Shown here piece after piece: positions 23,405-35,032 of a DNA stretch of 39,699 nucleotides (position 1 is its first letter; each line of letters starts with the position of its first letter). Where the stretch lies: assembly GCA_003614675.1 (NCBI GenBank), contig ML002347.1, positions 1 to 39,699 on the forward strand, written 5' to 3'. The translations under genes and the position numbers were made by a program. The notes beneath the pieces were generated by a model. It was not told the DNA's origin. It saw only the letters and a program-made list of their open reading frames with translations, and made no database searches. This DNA is from Dimargaris cristalligena. Taxonomy: Eukaryota.

Positions 23405-26225
23405 ATGAGCAACTGGAAGAAAGCCACCGCATTTGTATCCGAGCGCCTGAGCATCGTCTCCGGCATGTCCGGGGAAACCGTCGTTGACCCGGCGGGCCCC
23501 CGCTTCCCGTCCGAGGCCGACCTGTTCGACTACGTGACCACTCGCATTATCTACCAGGCCGGTAAGTAGCCGCCAAGCCTTCCTCCCCGTCTCGCTCGAG
23601 CTCCGTTGACCTCCCTCCATGCACCCCTCTTACTGGCAAGGCGCATTCTCAGAGACCCGAATGATTGACGTCTCATTCCACATCCCCCTTCCTTTACCAC
23701 CTGCCTATATCTCTCGGTCTAAAGGCGTCGACTTCGAGAGCAAACCCATGCTGGTGTTTTGTGCTTGCAATTTCCCCAGCCCCAAGGAAGTCGACTACGA
23801 CAAAATGCTCAGGTAAAACTCCACCTTCACTCTGCCGTCTGCTAGTGGATATCGGTATTACCCTCTATTACTACTATTCTACCCACTCAAAGAAATGCAA
23901 CATTTAGCCTGTAGTACCGTACAGCTAGCCCCCAAGACTAAATAAGTACCATTCCTTTTTGCTTGCCCATCCTTTCTCCTCCCCTCCCTTTGCCTACCCC
24001 GCCTATTTCTAGCATGATTCTGTACAAACTCGACGAGTTCGTGGAGAATGACTATACTGTGGTATTGTTCACCAGCGGCGCCACCAATCGCCCTGGCTGG
24101 ACCTGGCTCTTCAAGGCATACCGGAGCCTCAGCCGCAAGTAAGTGCCCTTGGTCCTCCGGCCTTGTGAATAGCTAACCCTTAGTCTTACTATAATCCGAA
24201 TACAATTTCGGTGGCCTAACCATGCCCTAATTCGCTCTGTGCGCCCCACCGCCTTGACCATTATCTAGATACAAAAAGAACCTTAAGAATCTATATGTGG
24301 TCCATCCCTCCACTTGGGCCCGCGTCCTGATGGACATGATGAACGTCGTTATCAGGTAATTTACATCTCCACTTAGTTACAATCCCCACCGGCTCATCTG
24401 TACCTACTTAGTCATTTAGGAAGCACTTGGTCCGCAGTTCCTGGTAAAAGGTGGTTTGTCTTCCCCAGACATCCACAGTCTCTTTTAATGGCTACGCCCC
24501 AATAGCCAAATAATGCGGACGCCTTCGCTGTTTAGCCACAGTCGGCATCATGATCTTAAAGGAAGGGTGCAAGGCTTCTCCAACTAAAAGAGTAGCCTAA
24601 CAATCGGGGTATGGGACTCCGGCCGGCTGATTATAGAACATATTTTTTCCGCCTCTCCCTTGGTTCTTCAGAGTCGGTGGTTGAACGAAGCAGCGAAGGA
24701 AATCGTGCTATGATAATACCATCGCCCCGTTCTTCTTGGTTCACTTTTAACCCTCACTGTGGTTCCAACGATGCGCTAGATACGTCCTACCTAACGGCGG
24801 CGAGTATTTAAACCCCTCCAGATACCGCTCCGATTAAGCTATCTTTTGGTGGTCCTAATTCTCGCCCCTTCTTAGTCCTCAATCGTCTTCCTCTCGTCAA
24901 GGCCAACACCATTTCCCTTTTTAACCCATTTAGCTACATCGTTTTGACTCTGTTCGCTTATTCCCCATATATATATATATATTCTTCCTTATGCTTGCCC
25001 CAACGTCCCGTAGCCCAAAATTCTTCAAGAAACTTTCATGGGTTGATAAACTAAGCGACCTGGCCGGTTTAGTACCACTTGACCAAATCTCAATCCCCCC
25101 CGCTGTGCAAGCGTAAGTTAAATGGTATCCGATTAATTAGTACCCCAGCTTCGAAGTTGGGCTAGTCTCTCTACACCCCCCTTAACTGTACCACTATTGC
25201 CCACTCTCTTGACCGGATATCCTTTCTAACCCACCGCCATGGATGCCACCCTTTCTGATAATTATATTCGGATAACTTAGTTACAATGATACCATTGAAC
25301 CTCCTCGGGCGGTGAAGGACGCCTTAAATCGCCGTCGCCAATCATCGTCGGGTAGCTCTGGCTCAACGGTGGCCGACGGCTCAACCGCTATGTTTGGTGT
25401 GCCTTTGACTACCCTGATGGGCCCGAACGCCGAGCATGGGGTCCCCGCTGTGGTTCGTGAATGTATAGAATATCTCCAAACACATGGTAAAGTTGAGGTT
25501 TATATATATATATATATATATCTTTGTCTAAACGATTGTTTATACAGTGGTGGAGAGGCTGATGGTTCGGCCCTCTTTCCAATCCAACCGCTAATGATGT
25601 CCTTTATGATACAAATAGAGGTTGGTAATCGCCCCTTTTCATTACTAATTATAATGGTTGTTGTAATTTATTACATCCTCCTCAACTAACCCTCCCAACC
25701 TTAGCCCTGGAAACCGAAGGTATTTTCCGCCGGTCACCATCCAGTGTTGATTTGAAAAATGCAAAGGCCGCCTACAACCGAGGGGAGGCCGTGGACCTTG
25801 ATAAATTGGGCGTCCATGTCGCAGCTGTACTTCTCAAGATGTTCTTCCACGAATTACCAACGACGGCCCTACCCTCATCTCTATACGAGATCGCACCGGC
25901 CCTTGCCCAGTGCACTACGGATGCCGAGAAAACGACCTTTGTCCAAGAGCGCATCATGGCCACTTTGGACCTGCCCCACCGCCACATACTGTCTCATGTC
26001 TTCTATCTCCTCCACCACATTGCCCTGTATTCCAGCGTAAACAAGATGACCTCCCATAACTTGGCTATTGTGTGGACCCCCAATCTGGTCAAATCGGATA
26101 ACCTCGCCATGGATATGCAAATGTACGACCCCAGTGGAAGCGGCAGTATCGGGGCTGTAGTCCGGATTGCTATTGATTTCTATCCCGAGATTTTCGCAGA
26201 CCCATCATCGGAGGACCGGGGCTAA
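23405..26225 (+). CDS. BCH/CRAL-TRIO + RhoGAP protein (ARHGAP1/p50RhoGAP, Ecm25-like), 7 exons
   Basis: Exons 23405-23561, 23725-23812, 24013-24138, 24269-24355, 25014-25112, 25281-25486 and 25705-26225; all introns GT-AG and phase-consistent. BCH motifs LDEFVENDYTVVLF, RKYKKNLKNLYVVHPS, ISPKF. RhoGAP motifs FGVPL, LETEGIFRRSP (arginine finger intact), LLKMFFHELP, NKMTSHNLAIVWTPNL. Confidence 0.92.
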
Positions 26226-26956
26226 TTTGGCAGGTAGTCGGTTGGCCGTATTTCCACTCCCACTATCGTGTCTTTTAAACTATTTTACAAACAAAACGCA
26301 GGCCAACCAAAGGCTTGTCTACCCTTGAATGGAACGTAATTTACGGCACCTATTTTCTTTTTCTCTCTTTCTCTTCGTATATATCTGGAAAGAAGTGGCT
26401 ATTGGTGCCACGGCTCGGCTGATGAATGGGAAACCACCACTGGCGATGATGTGGCCCACCCCAATCTTTGTACTTCAGCCATTTACTATTTCGACTCTCC
26501 TTCTTCTTTTACAGCGTATGGTTCACTAATGTAACATAGAATGACCTATACCAACGGTACACTCTTATGACCAAGTATTTAGATATGTATGCGATTACGG
26601 GGAAAGGGAGGGGTGTGGTTATGTGTAAATGTACGTTTATGAAATCAATGATACATTATAGTCGCCGGTAGCTGGCTTGAATGAGGTTGCTCGCTATGGA
26701 ATTTGTGGGCATGGTAAATATCGAGTCCGTGGTAGCTTGGATACGCCAGTTATAGGCCACGGAATGCAACAGCCGTATCCCTTCAATTTGGCACCCCGAG
26801 GTCTTATGGCGGACCACTCTGTAGGGTCCCAAGAGCAACGGGTATAGTCGATAAACCGCTGTCTGTCTGATTTCTGAAATTTCATTTTCAATGAATAGAA
26901 GGCACGCTGGTTATTGTTTTTGAGGGCTGGCAGGTGACATAGATGGTGGTGTATTT

Positions 26957-27101
26957 AATATGGGTGAAATCCGATCCAGCTGCATAAGGCTTTAAATGAT
27001 ACGTGTATGTGATACTATATGGGATATTTATTTTTAACCAGTAGTATTCGCCCCATCCAGCGAATTTTTCGTTATACAGCCCGGTTGAACCTCTTCCATA
27101 T
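26957..27101. repeat. Dispersed repeat, copy B (145 bp)
   Basis: 123/145 identical to 6979-7123, ungapped, same orientation. Confidence 0.9.
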
Positions 27102-27936
27102 GGCATTATTAAGCGGGCTGTATTTTCAGTACATAGACATGCCGGCGTATAAATGTTTATATTTTTGCATTTAAAGTTCACTTGGCCTTTTAACGGCAGC
27201 GAACTATGGCCTACAAAGTCGGGGATTCGAGCCCTTGTACCGCGAGGGCTTCCATAGTGTACTGGCGACAATCGCAGGGGCCCTTGATCAGCCAAAGTGG
27301 AAGGAGAACACCCCCACGGCCCTCTGAAATCTACAAGCGGGGGAAGACGGATAAGAGCGCACCCCACTGACCCACAAAAAGATGTAACGATCCGATTTAA
27401 TGGGGCAGATCGAACGGGGAGCTGGCAAATACAGTGATCCCACATGCCAAGGGCGTTGCGCAGAAACATTCGACGACGAGAGAACGAGGGAAGGAGAGGA
27501 GAACGAGAAAACCCAACGCGGGGGAGCGAAAGGGGGGAGGGAGAGACATAAAGGCATAGTCAATCATAAATGTCCAATATCTAACCACTTCGTCCAAGGG
27601 ACCCAATCCGCCCTTAAGGATGGTCTACGCCCGATTTATAGTCCGGGTCCCCCCCCACCTCTCCCTTCCCCTCCCTCCCATTCACCCTTTCCCTTGAGGC
27701 GCCTTTGCGTTGAAAACGGCCGTCGATGGAGCTCGAGCGGATTCGAATGACCTCCTTTAAATTCGACCGCCTGCCCGCCCTTCGCCAAATATCATCCATT
27801 ATTAGTGTATCTGTGCCATTTCCACTACTGCTTTCTGACTATTTAACATATCCGATATTTAACATTTGTACACCCCAGTGTAATATTATCGCCCCATCCC
27901 CTCTCTATATCTCAGGCACTACTATTCATTGTTTCT

Positions 27937-28884
27937 ATGTATTGCTCTACCCTTTTCCGGCTTACCAGCGGGCTAGTCCTGCTCTCTTCGATTAGTTTTA
28001 CTCTGGCCCGGCCAAAGATATTGCGCCCCCATATTCTCGGCGGCACGGACGCTCAAACAGGTCAGATACCTTTTTTTGCGGCCATGTACCTAGCCGAGGG
28101 CCGTTCACAACACTGCGGCAGTTCCATTATTGACGCCAGCTGGCTGCTAACGGCGGCCCACTGCGTAACGGAAACGCTGGACTCGGTGCCCACGGGCAGC
28201 GACTCCCCCCGATTTACTACCCAGGCGGCCGATAAGTACGTGGTGAGCGCCGGCAACGTCATAACAACCCAGGGCGACTACAAAACCATCCAGAAGATTA
28301 TCGTCCACACCAAGTACAATTCGACCGGGTCGGCCGATAACGACATTGCCCTACTGCAACTCAGTTCGCCTCTGGTGCTCAGCGACAATGTGAAGCCCAT
28401 TCGTATTTACCGGGGCAACCTAACCGAGGGCGATGCGGTCGTGGCCGCCGGGATGGGACGCACCACGGTAGCGACGGACGACGGGTCGACCACTTTAAAA
28501 CAGGTGAATCTACCCATCGCCAAGACCACGGACTGCCAGAATATCATCCCGGGCTACAAGGACTCCAACGGCCCCCAGGTCTGTGCGGGTGGCCAGGAGA
28601 ATCGGGATACGTGCTCGGGCGATTCGGGAGGCCCGCTCTACTGGCTGCACTCGGATAAGACCCCGGCCCTGGTCGGGTGCACTTCGTACGGAATGGGCCC
28701 CAAGGACGACTCACCCATTTGCGGTGCCAAACAAGGGGTGGGAGTTTACACCCATGCCTCCTATTTCCTGGACTGGATTGTCCAAGAGTCCGGGCTCAAT
28801 TCGCAGACCATTTCGTTCGAGCCGGTGGTCACTACGGGCAAGCAACTGGTCCAAAGGCTCAATTTGGCCAAGAGACTATTCTAG
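27937..28884 (+). CDS. Secreted trypsin-like serine protease (peptidase S1A), catalytic triad intact
   Basis: Signal peptide; mature N-terminus ILGG; LTAAHC (His57), NDIAL (Asp102), DTCSGDSGGP (Asp189, Ser195). No hydrophobic C-terminal tail. Confidence 0.93.
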   Translation: MYCSTLFRLTSGLVLLSSISFTLARPKILRPHILGGTDAQTGQIPFFAAMYLAEGRSQHCGSSIIDASWLLTAAHCVTETLDSVPTGSDSPRFTTQAADKYVVSAGNVITTQGDYKTIQKIIVHTKYNSTGSADNDIALLQLSSPLVLSDNVKPIRIYRGNLTEGDAVVAAGMGRTTVATDDGSTTLKQVNLPIAKTTDCQNIIPGYKDSNGPQVCAGGQENRDTCSGDSGGPLYWLHSDKTPALVGCTSYGMGPKDDSPICGAKQGVGVYTHASYFLDWIVQESGLNSQTISFEPVVTTGKQLVQRLNLAKRLF

Positions 28885-29753
28885 CGGCCAGCTGGGCTGC
28901 CGCGTTCTTTTATTTTTTTTAAAAAAAACAACAACAACCTGCCTTACCCCTTTCTTAAACTTTGGTCTTGAAATATATGTATTGTATTTTACTTGTAGAG
29001 AATTATCGGTAATCGAGATGATAGACCTCCGGAGTTAAGCAGGCGATAGTCAATGAGGCGGGTGGATGGGCGGACTTGGCCTTGGAAGGATTGCTGGGGG
29101 GTGAATAAGTAACTAATGGAATTTGACCAAACTCGGCGTGTTGCCCCCCTAGATTGGCACGCGAGTATTGTCCCTTACTCATGGCATCCATTCCTTCCCC
29201 CTAACAATCAGTGGCCCAAGTATTATAGTGCCGGGAGATGCTTTCGAAGTGCCTATGGTATTGTTGATGTGTCTGCAAGGCTATTGTCAGATTCTAGACA
29301 TTGTTGTTTTATAACCACCGACCCCGCTGCCCCGAATATTACGAGTACATGTAATCAGTCAGCCAAGCGTATTATATCAGCGGCTATCGGACGGATATCA
29401 ATTCGGTGTGTTCTGAGAAGCCTTGGGTCGTTCCCCTCCCCCCAAGGATCTGCGCCTTCCCTTTCCATTACGGGATAATGGCGATAACCTCAGCGGGTAA
29501 CCCACAGCCCTCAACTGCTCTTTATAAATCCGTTTCCCAGCCACCTACCTTCATCTCTGTCCTTCGATTTCCGCAACGGTGCCCACTAACCCCGCTTTGG
29601 TATAATTTTTTGTTTTTTGGCCAGTTTGGTTGCTCAATTTCTCCACCGGTTAGTTATATATATATATCTGCGCTACAATCATTTTGTGCTCCAAAACTTG
29701 TCCACAACCCCCCTTATTTCTTAGCCGCCGCCACCCACCCGTAGGCCAGAGCC

Positions 29754-30752
29754 ATGAAGTTAATCACTGGGCTATTCGCACTGTGGTGCTTGGTCCATAG
29801 TTTCCAGGCCGAACTGTCCCCCGCCGGCTTCACGCGCATGGTCGGCGGCGACGATGTGGAGCTGGGCCAGTTTCCCTTTGTGGTCCACCTCTACATTCAC
29901 GATCAGGGACAGCGCCGACAGTGCCTAGGGACCCTCGTGACCCCCGACTCCGTCTTGACCTCGGCCCAATGCATGCTGGACACCCAAAACAAGGTTAACC
30001 TGAACCTCACGGTGGAGGCTGTCGTGGGCTCCGTCGAAAACGTCCCCACTAATCAGGGCGTCTACATTGAGGTTAAGGACTACCTCCTACAACCCAACTA
30101 CACCGCCAACGCTCTCTCGAATAACCTGGCCGTGGTGTACCTACAATCCAACGTCACCCTCAACGCCAACACCACCACGGTCCAAGTGTACAACAAAGCC
30201 ATCGACGAAGATACGGGGGTGACTGTGGTGGGGTCCGACGACGACGACAAACCAACCGATACTGACCCCGGCGACCTCCAGTTCGCACCACTAAAGGTGG
30301 GCAACGAGACCCAGTGCAAGAAAGTGGTCAAAGACTACTACCGCAACGGCCCGACCCTCTGCGTGATGACGTCAGACGAGCCCGACATTTGCCAGGGCGA
30401 CAGCGGTGGCCCGCTCCTCATCCAAGAGGGTAAATCATGGTACCTGGTGGGGTTTTTGGGGGGCAAAAACATTGTCTCGGGTTCTAGCCAGTGCGGGGGC
30501 GCGGGAGGCGTGTCGTTCTTCACCCGGGTTGCCCACTACCTGCCGTGGCTCACTACCCAAGCCGGCCTCAAGAATAGTACCATTACCTTTGGCACAGGCG
30601 GCGAACCAGCGGACCCGCCCGCCAATATCACCCAGACCGATGACACCACCATCACCACTACCACGCCGGAAAGCAAATCCCTTAGTGCTCCGAAATTGGA
30701 CTGGTGGTGGTGCTTGCCCCTGGGTGGTCTCTTGAGTCTTGCCCTGGTTTAG
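29754..30752 (+). CDS. Trypsin-fold serine protease homolog, predicted catalytically inactive and GPI-anchored
   Basis: Signal peptide; R|MVGG. LTSAQC (His->Gln) and NNLAV (Asp->Asn), but DICQGDSGGP is retained. Thr-rich stalk and terminal hydrophobic tail WWWCLPLGGLLSLALV. Confidence 0.88.
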   Translation: MKLITGLFALWCLVHSFQAELSPAGFTRMVGGDDVELGQFPFVVHLYIHDQGQRRQCLGTLVTPDSVLTSAQCMLDTQNKVNLNLTVEAVVGSVENVPTNQGVYIEVKDYLLQPNYTANALSNNLAVVYLQSNVTLNANTTTVQVYNKAIDEDTGVTVVGSDDDDKPTDTDPGDLQFAPLKVGNETQCKKVVKDYYRNGPTLCVMTSDEPDICQGDSGGPLLIQEGKSWYLVGFLGGKNIVSGSSQCGGAGGVSFFTRVAHYLPWLTTQAGLKNSTITFGTGGEPADPPANITQTDDTTITTTTPESKSLSAPKLDWWWCLPLGGLLSLALV

Positions 30753-32677
30753 TTTGAGGAACGTATCGAAGAATGCAGGTGAGGGCTATCCGAGCCATTG
30801 GTGAGTCGAATTGGCTAATTGCAATGCGTTAGCCCTTATAATCTAGCTTGGTTCGATTTTGTTATTCCATATATTATGATGATTAATCAATAAACCGTTT
30901 AATGCGCCATCTCAATGGCATCACCTAAAAGCGTGTGAGCCGGAGGAATGAAGCGGATCGACTGGCTAATTAGATGGAGGAGAGCCATTCACTCATCCAA
31001 TGATTCGCCCAAGGAAAAGGTGTGGAGGCTGGCCCCGCTCGAAAACCAACTGAGAAGTGGCGCTGTAGAAGAGCTTCTAATGCTACTCACTAGGTTGGTT
31101 CGATGGAAGGTCAAGTGTCTCTGCCGCCATATCGCCTCGGCGGATACCCTGGCCCCCTTCCCTCCCCTTGCCAATAATACCTACCTACCTACCTCAATAA
31201 AATAAACCCGACCAGCGCTGTCTGCCATTTCGATAAAAGGGGGTTGTTAGCTGTTGGTTAGTTATGCGGCTATACCAAGCAACATCCAAGGTAACCGGGG
31301 AAACAAGCAACCCCGCTGCCAATTACGCCAGCCTAGTGAGTAATACTAAGGAATCCACGGCGCCAATCCGGTATTGGGCGACTTAGCAATCCTGCCTAAT
31401 AATAGTGCCCCTCGAGAAGAGGCTGTTTCATCAATAAGGCGGGAAGGACAATCACAATACATTCCCAGACCCACTAAACAATCCACCAAGCGCATCGCCT
31501 CTGCCTGCTTGGTAAGGGCTTGGCAGACAAGCCTCTCCGCCCCCTACTTCCTACTAAACCTTGTTTAAGGCAAATCATCCGGTTGAACTGCCTCCGCCCA
31601 CCGGGCAAGTAGAGAAAGGGGTCAATAATAATCTATGCGCAAGACTAGCTCGGCTGAACCTGACGTCGAGGGCCGTTTCAGTCCCGCGATCAATGAAACC
31701 CCCCCCCCGTGGCATACCCTCTCTCCCACCTGGCCCCTTTTTTCAACTGCCTCGACCTCGAAGGGGGTGAACCTTATATAATAGGTCCTCGAAAAGGTTC
31801 ATGCGGCACGGGGTCCGGCCGCACTTTGGAATTCTTGGCGACCAGCGCTGACCCAATCCCCAGCGATGACGAACGCGGATGCCCCGGCTATTAGTTCTGC
31901 GAACCGAGGCGATAACGGAGTCAAACCAATAGAGTCCAAGGGCAAGAATAGGCCGGAAAAAGGCCAAGGGAGGGAAAGAAAATGGTGCATGTAATAGACC
32001 AAATTCAGTGGAGGGAGTAGCAAAGCAACTAATTATAGCCTATACTATACTATACTCTACACATACACTATTGTCCGCCTTCCTATACTGCCAATGCATA
32101 ATGCATACATCCTCCATACAATAGGCCTACTTAACTGGCCCACCCGCCCCTACAATATAGGTTCGGTCCATGTCCGTCCAGTTCACTCGGTTGCCTTTCT
32201 TTCTATCTTTCTTTCCTTTCTTTTACTCTTGCTTTGCCCTGCTTGAATCACTTCAGCGCCGTTTAATAGTAGTTCAAGCCAAGCCAAGTCGAGTCAAACC
32301 ATTCCACCCCCCTAAAGAGTATTATACCGATCGTCCCAGTGAAGCTTCGTCGAGTTTGACCCGGACCTTCCCTGCGTTCGACCCCTCCGTCTCCCCCCCA
32401 CCTCCTCGATTCCTCTCCGTCTGGGTTACTCAGTCGAGGTGTTTCGTCCACTTTCCCCCTCTCCTTGTTTTTCTGACTGAATAAAGGGTGAGACGGCATT
32501 CTCTGTGTTCCTCTCCTCCCGACACCTTGCTTCGTTTCGGGTGACGCTGCCAGGATTGCTGCTTCTTTTTTTATCTTCCCGTTTACCCCACTGACCGGTG
32601 CCTGACTTCACTCTTGTGTACCACTGCTACTACCCCTTCCTTCTACTTAGTATTTTTTCTCCTATTTGTATCCAACC

Positions 32678-33697
32678 ATGTGGTACCTGTCCCCCACATC
32701 CCTCCACCTGGCTCTACTCGCCACTGGTCTATGCTACCGGGGAATCGAGGCCAGTCCCACCGAGACCGCCAATGAAGTGACCCGTATCATTGGTGGCCAG
32801 AACGCCTCCACTGCACAGTTCCCGTTTATTGCCCACATGGCCCTGGACAAGGGGCAAACCATCTCGGCATGTGGTAGCTCTATCCTGTCCAAGGACTGGA
32901 TTATTACCGCCGCCCATTGCGTTACCGACAAGAACACGGGCCGGGTATACTCGCCTTCGAATTTTTATTTCACTGTGGGGCAATTATCCGCCGATTTTAC
33001 CGACGAATACACCGCCAGCAGCATCACCGTCCACCCCGATTTTGACCACGAGCGGGTGGTCAACGACATTGCCCTCGTGAAACTGACCAAGCCAATTTCA
33101 CTGAGCACCTCCGTTCAGCCCATTAGAATCTGGACCAACCAGGTGACCACCGGCTTAACGGCCACCGCCATTGGTTGGGGATCGACCGATGGGGTTGATA
33201 CGTCCCAGCAGGCCACCACCCTGGAATACGTCAACGTCACCATCTCGAATGACCAGAAGAAGTGTATCCGCCTGGCCTCCCAGTTTGTGGATTCGGACCA
33301 GGATGTGATATGTACCGCCAATAATCCCGGCCGCGACACTTGCCAGGGTGATTCGGGGGGCCCTTTGGTCGTGCCCGCCGACCAGTCGTGGGGTCTGCTT
33401 GGGTTGACCAGCTACGGATACTCCCTGAGTGGAGCGGCTAGCTGCGGCGCTTCGGATGGTATCGCCTTCTACACCCATGTTGCCTACTACCTCGACTTTA
33501 TTACGTCCACCACCAAGCTCGACCGGTCTGATATTACGGTGGGGGATAACTCATCCGCCAATGCCCAAGGCGGGAATTCGACCGCGGGCTCGAATAGCAG
33601 CAGTACCTCGCAAAGCTCGGCGGCCCCAGTATCCGCTCCTCTGTCGGCGGTGCTGTTCCTCCCGATACTGTTCACACTCATTTATTATGTATTGTAA
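32678..33697 (+). CDS. Trypsin-like serine protease (S1A), triad intact, predicted GPI-anchored, 339 aa
   Basis: First ATG at 32678 (the ORF track starts at an upstream TTG). Signal peptide; R|IIGG; ITAAHC, NDIAL, DTCQGDSGGP. Ser-rich stalk ending SSAA plus hydrophobic LSAVLFLPILFTLIYYVL-stop. Confidence 0.93.
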   Translation: MWYLSPTSLHLALLATGLCYRGIEASPTETANEVTRIIGGQNASTAQFPFIAHMALDKGQTISACGSSILSKDWIITAAHCVTDKNTGRVYSPSNFYFTVGQLSADFTDEYTASSITVHPDFDHERVVNDIALVKLTKPISLSTSVQPIRIWTNQVTTGLTATAIGWGSTDGVDTSQQATTLEYVNVTISNDQKKCIRLASQFVDSDQDVICTANNPGRDTCQGDSGGPLVVPADQSWGLLGLTSYGYSLSGAASCGASDGIAFYTHVAYYLDFITSTTKLDRSDITVGDNSSANAQGGNSTAGSNSSSTSQSSAAPVSAPLSAVLFLPILFTLIYYVL

Positions 33698-35032
33698 CCC
33701 GGCCCATTAATTGAGGGAAAGGGAAGAGAAGACTCGCCTACCCACTCCACGCCACTCCTTGAGTCCGTTTATTTGGTAGTCCCTATTTTATTTTTTTTAT
33801 CTTTTACCTTCTAATTACATTTTACTATTATTACACATTGTCCATCACCACCCACACATACACATACCTACGTCCACCTGCCGAGCCTCGATTGATATGA
33901 AATCGGAAGGTGGTTTGTTGACCCTGTTATCTGTACTGGGACCCCCCTTTCGCTATGTATGGTATACTTGGTATAGCTATTTTTGAATTAATTCCATACC
34001 CCCAAGCGCACTGAATGGCTGCACTTCGCTGCCTGGGACACTTCTTTCCTTATAGGAAGTAAGAGGGGCCCTAGGTAAACGAACTTCACAGTGTTACCCG
34101 GACTTCTATTTCTCACCACCATCACCCCCACCTAAAGGAGCGCCAGTGAGGAGGGGGAGGAAAGGAGAGGGAAGCCACCGAGCCCTGGTAGCAGTTTTAC
34201 ACATGGCCACCAGTTATCACCCCGGTACCCTTTGTGCATCACTGCATTTAATTTATTACCTTTTTATTATTTGGGTTGGGTAGCCGCACTCACGTTCCCC
34301 CTTTCCGTGACGCGCCCCTGCTTGGTCGCCTCGACCAGAACTAGCTAGGTGCTATAGTTCACACGCCAATCCTTAGACGGGGAAGGCCAGAGAGCGTCCG
34401 AACGACTCAATAAAGTACCCCATAATAGATGTTTGTCATTAAATTTCGACTATTGACCTGTGTGTGTAATTTGATAGGGTGGTGATGCTTGCGGGGAAAA
34501 GAGGGTAGGTGACGATGGCAATGGCTACGTACGAGGGGGCAGTGATTTTTGACAGGTCAACGGCTCCGGTGGGTGGGAGAGAGAGGGGGGGGAAGGGTTT
34601 ACTTGGACGTGAACCAATTCAGCCAGGAGAGGAGAGTATAATAGTTCCAGGGCGGTGCTCTTTCGAAGCAATCAGGTGATGAGCGTGTATTATACGCGGT
34701 ATACCAAAAGGGAAAAAGCAAGGTACATATTGGGATGTTCCTTCTCCCATTGAATACCGCTGGGTTCGGGCAAGTGTCGTTGTCTCTATTGTTGTTGGTG
34801 GGGATCGATGGCTCTTTGACGAAACCAGAGGCAGTTAAGGGGAGTTGGTGTCGACTGGAATTCATTCTGAGTAGGAAATGAGTGACGGCGGCCACCCCAA
34901 TAAGCATACAGTGACAGCAGCGGTTATGGGTAGTGATTGGCCTCAGTGGGGAGGTGGGGGATGTATGCCCCAATGGAAGGGGATGGCGGCCAATCCAATC
35001 CAGCCCAATCCAATACAATCCCAGCCATGATG

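Noticed and set aside
27222-27240. tRNA B-box-like GGCTCGAATCC on the minus strand
   Set aside because: No cloverleaf, acceptor stem or A box.
26888-27469. 193-aa ORF spanning repeat copy B
   Set aside because: No codon bias or domain; substitutions relative to copy A are mostly non-synonymous.
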